Origin: a virus
Lineage: Duplodnaviria > Caudoviricetes
Virus record (IMG/VR): IMGVR_UViG_3300037993_001113
Span: 1 to 63,318 of that record
Direction: 5' to 3' (one strand)
Length of the DNA: 63,318 bases
How positions within the stretch are numbered: position 1 is the first letter of the stretch; every line of letters begins with the position of its first letter. Below, in pieces: positions 56,634 to 63,318 of the stretch. The position numbers and the translations under genes were made by a program. The notes below the pieces were generated by a model that worked only from the letters and a program-made list of their open reading frames with translations, was not told where the DNA came from and did no database searches.

Positions 56634-57761
56634 TTGGCAGACCCGTTGTTAGATCCTATCAACGAGACCACGCTTCCCGAAGTTAACCAGGACGCTATCG
56701 AGGATGAGTTTTTCCTGTCCTCGGTATTTCAGGCTCACCTTCGCAGCAAGTGTCTCATACCCTTCGAAGGCGGCGCGTTCATGCGCAACCTGCAATTGTA
56801 CGCGCCGCTTCTCGGTGGTGCCTACCCCAAAGGCATGGGCGGTTTCAACCTGACCAAACCGCTCACTATCAGCAGCAATGTGTTCGACCCGCGTTATTAC
56901 GTGGTGATGATTATCGAATACCTCGAAGACATTTCGGTCCTGAACACCGGCGATCTCGCGGTCTTCTCGCTGCTTGAAACCGATATGGCGAACGCATACC
57001 TGACAATGTCCACGATCATGGCTTTGGACATCCAGCAGAACGGACAGATCGCGCCCCGCACAATCAATATTAACGGCTGGGTTGAAGCCTACAACAACGG
57101 TGTGGACCCGTCTTACGAAGGCGGGGTCTACGGTACCTACGGCACCGCGCAGCGCAACGGTAACATCGGTGCGGCGCTGAACGGCAATACCTACTGGGGC
57201 GGGCAGGCATCCGGTGCCGCCGGAACCATCCAGTACGCGCAGTTCAACGCGATGTACATTCTGGCGGTGCGCGGGCAGGATCAGCCGGATCTGTTCACCT
57301 GCAACAAGCCGCTGAACAACTTCGTCGAGAACCGTATTCAGCAGCAGCAGCGGTTCGGCATGGACGGCGCGGGTGTGCGCGACCCGTTCTTCGGCGCGAT
57401 GGGCTTCCGTTTCAAAAACGCCATCGTGATGATCGACGATTACTTTCCGTCGAGCTTCAACTCGTTCGGGAAGACCAATAACCCCGGCGGCAGCAATCTG
57501 ACCGGTACTGTAACTACCGGTCCGGCGACGCTCAGCAACTTCCCGGTGAGCACCGCCTGCACCGTCGGCGAGGTCGGTTGCTTCCATAACCTCGGACGGA
57601 TCGCTTTCCGTCTGTCGGCATCCAGCGAATTCGGCTTTATGCCGACCGATTTCATCCGGGCTCCCGACAACACCCGCGTTGCCTCGCAGTTAAAGGCCGC
57701 GGTCAACCTCGAAGACGTTGCGCCGTGGTCCGCCGTACAGGGTTACGGCTGGGTCAGCTAA
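56634..57761 (+). CDS. Major capsid protein
   Basis: SD AGGAGG + TTG; 375 aa; 'ININGW', 'QPDL', 'GF.F.NA.VMIDDY'. Confidence 0.82.
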   Translation: MADPLLDPINETTLPEVNQDAIEDEFFLSSVFQAHLRSKCLIPFEGGAFMRNLQLYAPLLGGAYPKGMGGFNLTKPLTISSNVFDPRYYVVMIIEYLEDISVLNTGDLAVFSLLETDMANAYLTMSTIMALDIQQNGQIAPRTININGWVEAYNNGVDPSYEGGVYGTYGTAQRNGNIGAALNGNTYWGGQASGAAGTIQYAQFNAMYILAVRGQDQPDLFTCNKPLNNFVENRIQQQQRFGMDGAGVRDPFFGAMGFRFKNAIVMIDDYFPSSFNSFGKTNNPGGSNLTGTVTTGPATLSNFPVSTACTVGEVGCFHNLGRIAFRLSASSEFGFMPTDFIRAPDNTRVASQLKAAVNLEDVAPWSAVQGYGWVS

Positions 57762-57776
57762 AGGAGGACATGAGAG

Positions 57777-58463
57777 ATGCCGGCAAATCGCAGTGCTAAT
57801 CAGTCCATCCAGATCACGCAGAAGTATCTGAACACCGCCAGCTACGCGGGCGATCCGACGCCCGGAGCGGTTATTTCCACAGCGCAGGTATCGGGCAGCA
57901 TCGTGCAGCCTTACGCGGGGTTTATCGGCGGTATACTGACGCTCTCCACCGCTCAGGCGGCGAACCTGAGCGATCCGGTTAACGGTCCGCTGCTGTTCGG
58001 CGGAGACTACCAGTACGTGCAGTTCTACGCTGCGTCCAGCGGCACCGCCGCGCAGGGGCAGATCGTTTTCTGGCTGTCGCAGCCTACCGGCAACTTCCAG
58101 CAGGGTAATTTTATCGTTACCCCGGATATCGCATTGCTGGGCGGCGGCGACCCGCAGCAGATCGCCGGTATCGCTCTGTGCAACACCGGTAAAGGCAACT
58201 ACTGGTTTATTCAGGTCGCCGGTATCGCCGAAGTGAAGTTCAAGGCGTCGCCGCTGAACGTATTCTCGCCGATGGTCGAGGACTACGTCTCAATCGACTT
58301 CAACACGCCCAGCGCGAATGCGGACGTGATCGGCGCCAACGCCACCCTGACCCCGGCGATCCTCAAAGGTCTGATCGGGCGCGCCTGGTACCGCGTCCCG
58401 GTTGCCGGTCAGATTTCGCCGGTATTTCTCGGCGTTGCCGGTCCGACGTACATGCCGTCGTAA
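57777..58463 (+). CDS. Capsid decoration/cement-like protein
   Basis: SD AGGAGG; 'YQYVQF', 'GNYWFIQVAG' directly after MCP. Confidence 0.55.
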   Translation: MPANRSANQSIQITQKYLNTASYAGDPTPGAVISTAQVSGSIVQPYAGFIGGILTLSTAQAANLSDPVNGPLLFGGDYQYVQFYAASSGTAAQGQIVFWLSQPTGNFQQGNFIVTPDIALLGGGDPQQIAGIALCNTGKGNYWFIQVAGIAEVKFKASPLNVFSPMVEDYVSIDFNTPSANADVIGANATLTPAILKGLIGRAWYRVPVAGQISPVFLGVAGPTYMPS

Positions 58464-58481
58464 GGGAGGATCATCGATACC

Positions 58482-58868
58482 ATGATTATCACTCCTTTCG
58501 CGGACTCGCCCCGCAACGGCGCATGGGGAGATCGTCCCTATGCGCCTCTTGACTGGACCGGACCGGCCAGCTACGTGCCGGTTGTCAACAATTCAGCAAA
58601 TCCGCTCGCACCGCCAACCGGCGGGCAGGCAATTAACGCGGCTAACTTCGGTTTGGCTACGCCAAATATCGAAGGTATCTTCGTTGTTGGAAGCAGCATT
58701 TCTGGCACTTACACCGTGCAGGCTTTTCAGTACGCCGCTTACAATCAGGGGCAGGGCAATAATACTTGGCTGCTGCGGTGGATCGTAGCGGCCACCGGGG
58801 CCGAAGTCGGCGCGGGCGTCAATCTGTCCGCCGAGATCGTGCGTCTGGTAGCGTTCGGTTTGCAGTAG
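58482..58868 (+). CDS. Virion structural protein
   Basis: 'EVGAGVNLSA' C-terminus; head module. Confidence 0.55.
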   Translation: MIITPFADSPRNGAWGDRPYAPLDWTGPASYVPVVNNSANPLAPPTGGQAINAANFGLATPNIEGIFVVGSSISGTYTVQAFQYAAYNQGQGNNTWLLRWIVAATGAEVGAGVNLSAEIVRLVAFGLQ

Positions 58869-58890
58869 CGCAGGAGCGCAGCGGGTATCC

Positions 58891-59967
58891 ATGCCCACCA
58901 ATCCATATCCGCTGCTGACCTTCCAGCAGCTCTACAAGGAGCTGACCGGGGAGATATCGCCGCTGCCCGATCCGATGGCGGCGCGCATTATCAACCGCGC
59001 ATGGAAGCGCATCAACGACTGGCGGATGTGGTCGTGGCAGGTAATAGCCAATGCGCAGTTATTTGTGCCCGCTGTAATCTCGGTCGGCACATGTAGTGTT
59101 GTTTTTAACAGCACAATGGTGGTTATGTCTCCGTCGGCAACGGCGGCTCTAAACACGGTGGCTTTCGGCAATCCGCCGCTGGCGTCGCCGATCCTCGGTG
59201 TAGGTTATCAGATCAGGCTGGGCAGCAGCGCAACCGCTCTGCAGTCGCCTGTCGGACCGAATTACACTATCACCGGCTGGGACGGCAACGGCAATATGAC
59301 CATCGACGCTCCTTACGGCCAGGCGTCCGGCACCGGCCTGCAATACCAGGTGCTCAAAGCCTTCTACGCCGCGCCGTTTCTGCCGGTTACTTCCACCGGT
59401 ACGGACGGTCAGTTTGCCCGGTATCTGTCGATTACCAACCTGCTGGACGGTTATGCGATCACCGGCCGCCAGTTGTATTTTTCGCAGGAGGAGCTGAACC
59501 GGATCGACCCGCAGCGCGGCGGGCAGGGCGATGCGTACATCCTGGCGTACCTGCAACATAACTCGCGGGGACAACCGGTGTATGAAATGTATCCGAACCC
59601 GGTGAATACCGCAAACACCTACCAGGCAAACTACGTAAGCAAAGGGCCGCTGCTGACAATGACCGCGCAGCTGCCGCAGGTCAGCTACGCTCTCGACGAC
59701 GCGGTGACGTTTCAGGCCAAAGTGTTCGCGGGCCAGTGGGCGATGGCGAACGTTACCCGATTTAAGGATCTGCAGGGCACCAACTGGGTGCAGTACTGCG
59801 CGGAGATGGAACGGGAACGAAAGGTAACATTGCTGAGCTGTTGCAGGGAGGATGACGAGATCATGCCGTCGCCGAAGCCGTTCGTGTTCAACGGCGGGTT
59901 CAGCTTCCCGCTGGGCGGTGAATTCCTGCAGTCGCACGATATCAGCAGTATTCTGCCTCCGGTATAA
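58891..59967 (+). CDS. Head-tail adaptor-like protein
   Basis: IINRAW.RI..W.W N-helix, YPNP motif. Confidence 0.55.
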   Translation: MPTNPYPLLTFQQLYKELTGEISPLPDPMAARIINRAWKRINDWRMWSWQVIANAQLFVPAVISVGTCSVVFNSTMVVMSPSATAALNTVAFGNPPLASPILGVGYQIRLGSSATALQSPVGPNYTITGWDGNGNMTIDAPYGQASGTGLQYQVLKAFYAAPFLPVTSTGTDGQFARYLSITNLLDGYAITGRQLYFSQEELNRIDPQRGGQGDAYILAYLQHNSRGQPVYEMYPNPVNTANTYQANYVSKGPLLTMTAQLPQVSYALDDAVTFQAKVFAGQWAMANVTRFKDLQGTNWVQYCAEMERERKVTLLSCCREDDEIMPSPKPFVFNGGFSFPLGGEFLQSHDISSILPPV

Positions 59968-59992
59968 TGTAGACTCTACAAAGGAGATCTGA

Positions 59993-60181
59993 ATGCGCAA
60001 AACAACGCATGGCGGATCGGGCATGATCGGCGGGGTCCGCTCGCCCATGGCCGCCAGAGGACACGGTATTGTCGTCGATAAACCGAAAATGCACCCACCC
60101 GGCTGCGACATTTCGCGGCGCAGCGGCACCGGGCGCACTCCGCCGGTCAGTTCGCCGCAGAAAGCGAGGGACAACGTATGA
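59993..60181 (+). CDS. Small basic protein
   Basis: SD AAGGAG. Confidence 0.5.
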   Translation: MRKTTHGGSGMIGGVRSPMAARGHGIVVDKPKMHPPGCDISRRSGTGRTPPVSSPQKARDNV

Positions 60182-60372
60182 AAACCAGCAAAGGCGGCAG
60201 TGCACATCTTGGGCCGCTGCGCTCGCCAATGGCGAAGGACAGCAACGGGCTGATAAAAAAGGGAAGCCTGCGCCCGAAGGTTGCCGATAACACGATGCGC
60301 CCGGAGATCCCGGTGGCCGGGGCGCGTGTGCGTTCGGCGCAGACAGCGGGCAAAGTAGTCAAGCCGTTCTAG
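60178..60372 (+). CDS. Small basic protein (paralogue of the previous one)
   Basis: ATGA coupling; shared GGS....RSPMA. Confidence 0.5.
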   Translation: MKTSKGGSAHLGPLRSPMAKDSNGLIKKGSLRPKVADNTMRPEIPVAGARVRSAQTAGKVVKPF

Positions 60373-60387
60373 GAGGCTGGCCCGGCG

Positions 60388-61701
60388 GTGGCGTTCCAGT
60401 ACATCACCTTCACTACCGCCGCCCAGCAGCTTGCCGGTCGGCTGCAGGACCCGAACCTCGTCTACTGGAACCAGCCGAATGAGCTTCTGGAGTGCCTGTA
60501 CGAGGCTGTTCGCTTTAATCAGGCGCTCACGGGATCTTACAAGCAAAAGCTGAACTTCAACACTGCTGCGAGGAAGAACTACTACAGTCTTAGCGATCCT
60601 TCGGTAGTCCCCAACACCCCTCTTCAGAACTTCGTCACTGATGTTGAGGTCGCCAACAACATCCTCGCGGCATTGCTTGAGCCGCCGCTGACCACGGGAT
60701 GGACCGGGACCGGACAATTTACCTTTGCTCAGTTACAGGCGGCCATGCAGGCGCGTCTGAACCGCTTTATCGGCGATACGGGGCGGCAGGTTACGCAGCA
60801 GAACATTGGCGGTCCTTCCCCTCCGATTGATCTGGTTTCTCTTCCTGACGGGGTTCTGGACGTTCGCAGGGCCGCCTGGATGCCTCTTCCCGGAGTGCAG
60901 ATTTATCCGCTGGGAAGAATGGACGAGTGGGCGGAACAGACCTACATCCCCGCGGCCACCCAGCAACCCACCCAGCCGATAGCTTACAGCGTGTACGGAG
61001 TGCCTCCGCAGACGCTTCGGTGCATTCCTCCTCCATTGTCCAACGGAGAAATCGATCTGCTGATCGTTCAGTCCGGTGTGACTCTTAACCTGAATCCGGC
61101 GAGCCCGGTAGTTATCGGTATCAGCGACGACCTGACCCCTGCTGTTAAATGGGGAGCGCTGGCGGATCTGCTGGGGTCGGACGGTCCTTCCCGCGATTAC
61201 GCTCGGGCCGCGTATTGTGAACAGCGGTATCGGGAATTCGTCGAGGTCGCCCGTATCTATGCTTCGGTGCTGACCGGATCCATCAACAACGTCACCTGCG
61301 GGATCGGGTCCGTGTTTGATCTGGACTTCTATCAGCCGGACTGGCAGCAGACTTCGGGTCCTCCCACATTCGTGGGGATAGCCGGGCGTCATCTTGCCTG
61401 TGTGGGGCAGACCCCCGACGGAGTTTACGGCATTAGCCTGTGGACCTGCGCAAACGCCCCCGTCAGCGGCTACATGCAGATCGGCCGGGACCAGATCGAT
61501 CCTGTTCTCGACTATGCCCAGCACATCGCTTCTTTCAAAATGGGCGGAGCGGAGTTTGACGGAACTGATCGTCTGTATCAGAATCTGATCACCAGCGCCA
61601 AAGCACAGAACGGACGGCTGGAGGCCATTGCGTTCTACAAGTGTCAGGCTGAACTTCCTGCGACCAAAGGCGACATGGAAATGGCGAGGATGATTGCCTG
61701 A
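60388..61701 (+). CDS. Head-tail adaptor/tail tubular A-like protein
   Basis: SD AGGAGG; 'RLQDP..YW...EL'; precedes the nozzle gene. Confidence 0.55.
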   Translation: MAFQYITFTTAAQQLAGRLQDPNLVYWNQPNELLECLYEAVRFNQALTGSYKQKLNFNTAARKNYYSLSDPSVVPNTPLQNFVTDVEVANNILAALLEPPLTTGWTGTGQFTFAQLQAAMQARLNRFIGDTGRQVTQQNIGGPSPPIDLVSLPDGVLDVRRAAWMPLPGVQIYPLGRMDEWAEQTYIPAATQQPTQPIAYSVYGVPPQTLRCIPPPLSNGEIDLLIVQSGVTLNLNPASPVVIGISDDLTPAVKWGALADLLGSDGPSRDYARAAYCEQRYREFVEVARIYASVLTGSINNVTCGIGSVFDLDFYQPDWQQTSGPPTFVGIAGRHLACVGQTPDGVYGISLWTCANAPVSGYMQIGRDQIDPVLDYAQHIASFKMGGAEFDGTDRLYQNLITSAKAQNGRLEAIAFYKCQAELPATKGDMEMARMIA

Positions 61702-63318
61702 TGGACTTCAGGAGAATTCCCGGAAAGTTCGCCTATACCGGGATGGACATCCACCATCCGCCCGATCTGCTTCCTGACGGAAGATGCTCGCTTTTGTTCA
61801 ATCTTCAGCCCGACACGCAGACCGGAGCACTGACCACCCGCCCGGCAATTGCATCGCTTGCCACGACCGCTGCGGACGTTCCGATTCACTCCATCTGCCG
61901 GATGAACGACAGCACCCCTGAGGCTTCATCCAACCCATTCAGCCGCTTCGTGGGGGCCGGGACAGTGCTCTACTCGGGCGCCGGAGGCTCTCTTTCTTCT
62001 CTCGACACCGGTTTCAGCGGGAATCCTCTGGCAATGGTTCCGTATCGCCCCCCACAGTCCCCCGAACCATGGCTGTATGTATTCGATTCGGCAAAGCAGC
62101 AGCGCTACAAGACCGACAACTCCAGCAAACAGAATATCGGCATAGCCGCCCCGATTTCGGAGCCATCTTCGGCTAGGATCGAGCCGCTCTACAAGATTTT
62201 CAGCAACACGGAAGCCGGGGAAAATGCCTGGTCCGGTCTCTACGGAACCGGCGGAACCATTGGCTCGGTCCTGAGCGCGGTCGCGCGTATTCCGGCGGGC
62301 GCCACGGCTCCGGTGATCCTGTACGACTCCGGGACTACCGGAATGGCCTGCATTGCGGCTTCAGCTTCAAATTATGGCTGGATGACTGCTTCATCCATGG
62401 TGATTGTCGGCGGGGAAAACGTAGTAATCGAACAGGTTTTTCCGGCGATAGTTTCAACCGGCACTACGGTAGCCGCGATTCAGTACGACAGTGGTTCATC
62501 CGGGTTATGCACAATTGTTCCGGCAACGCCGCTTCCGGGCGTCGCGCGTAATCAACTGCTGCTGCTGGGAATAGGACCGACTCCGGTAAGAGTGCTCAGT
62601 GTCACCGCGGCTCCTGACGGATCGTACAGTTTCCGTTGCAATACCGGGGGAACTACCATATCTGCCGGGGCTGCGATAACCTCACCGCCAAACTTCCGTG
62701 CCTGGACCACCAGCAACCATGTCGGCGGGGTCGGTCTTACCGGAGACTGCGTTACCGCTACGCTGACTCCCACCGTCGCAAATGGTTCGATGTCTGCGGT
62801 CATGGCAGGGGCGACCGGTCCGGTTACTTCTTCGCTGGATCTCACCAATGTCGGCGGCAGGCCGATCCAGAACGAAGACTATCTGCATGTGAGTCTCTGG
62901 TTTGACAATCCGCAGTGGGTGACCGAGGTTCATCTGATGCTGAACGTTGACGCCGCCGATGCGGATTTTCAGCACAATTACTATTACTACGTTCTTCGTC
63001 AGTCCGATTTTGCGCAATCTGCTCTGGGGGGGGCTACACCGGGCACCCTTCCGACCGTCAGCGCACAACTTTCCGCCGTTGAGTACGGGATTGCTTCACA
63101 ACTAACCAGCGAGGAAGTTGTGCCGATCGCTCCCCAGCCTGCTTATCCGATCCCGGAGAATCCGTCCACAGCTTCACCGGACCCCGCAGAGTTCAATATT
63201 GGCCAAAGCAACTGGACCGACGTCCTGATAAAGATCAACGACCTTACCCGGGTAGGGACTGATCCGTCTCTCGGACTGAGCTACGTCAATGTCGTCGGAA
63301 TACTGATCTATGTGAGCG
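61701..63318 (+). CDS. Tail tubular B/nozzle-like protein, 5' part (continues across the junction into 1..3068; ~1517 aa total)
   Basis: ATG overlaps the TGA of the previous gene. The frame (MDFRRIPGKFAYTGMDIHHPPDLLPDG...) is open to the window end and joins the 153..3068 frame through the repeat. Position follows the adaptor genes, as in podoviruses. Confidence 0.75.
   Translation, partial: MDFRRIPGKFAYTGMDIHHPPDLLPDGRCSLLFNLQPDTQTGALTTRPAIASLATTAADVPIHSICRMNDSTPEASSNPFSRFVGAGTVLYSGAGGSLSSLDTGFSGNPLAMVPYRPPQSPEPWLYVFDSAKQQRYKTDNSSKQNIGIAAPISEPSSARIEPLYKIFSNTEAGENAWSGLYGTGGTIGSVLSAVARIPAGATAPVILYDSGTTGMACIAASASNYGWMTASSMVIVGGENVVIEQVFPAIVSTGTTVAAIQYDSGSSGLCTIVPATPLPGVARNQLLLLGIGPTPVRVLSVTAAPDGSYSFRCNTGGTTISAGAAITSPPNFRAWTTSNHVGGVGLTGDCVTATLTPTVANGSMSAVMAGATGPVTSSLDLTNVGGRPIQNEDYLHVSLWFDNPQWVTEVHLMLNVDAADADFQHNYYYYVLRQSDFAQSALGGATPGTLPTVSAQLSAVEYGIASQLTSEEVVPIAPQPAYPIPENPSTASPDPAEFNIGQSNWTDVLIKINDLTRVGTDPSLGLSYVNVVGILIYVS
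63187..63318 (+). repeat. Terminal direct repeat (copy 2)
   Basis: Matches 1-132 with 1 mismatch. Confidence 0.97.

Noticed and set aside
1-63318. Genome-wide TAG-to-Gln recoding (genetic code 15)
   Set aside because: Long genes are intact in code 11, many end in TAG followed by an SD and a new gene, and I saw no suppressor tRNA; only one internal TAG was found
63187-63318. Biological direct terminal repeat
   Set aside because: It falls mid-gene and in frame, which fits an assembly overlap better

Overview
The window looks like one complete, circularly permuted ~63.2-kb tailed-phage genome with a podovirus-like gene order: no tape measure or sheath, and tail-tube/nozzle plus ejection-protein genes. 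Bases 1-132 repeat at 63187-63318 with one mismatch, and one tail gene reads in frame across that junction. The + arm (43918 -> end -> 19605) carries terminase, portal, scaffold, capsid, adaptors, tail genes, four signal-peptide-bearing tail/depolymerase genes and ejection proteins. The - arm (43815 -> 19606) carries a C5 DNA methylase, a beta-clamp-like protein, a tyrosine recombinase, an HTH protein, ParB, an AAA+ ATPase, a DinG-like helicase, a Sak4-like recombination module, glycosyl/methyltransferases, an ERCC4 nuclease and a split UDG-exonuclease/PolA. A high-GC host such as Acidobacteriota is my inference only. The most unusual signals are: (1) a tyrosine recombinase split into two translationally coupled halves by ~1.07 kb of cargo genes, with a 62-bp duplication of its own 3' end; (2) a 13-bp palindrome TGTAGAnTCTACA dispersed genome-wide, alongside an orphan ParB and a chromosomal-type parS; (3) a 30-nt element repeated just downstream of two promoters; (4) putatively secreted, Cys-rich virion proteins; (5) a 57-nt piece of host gyrB; (6) a PolA with non-canonical active-site residues. 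All protein calls come from motifs read by eye; no database search was run.
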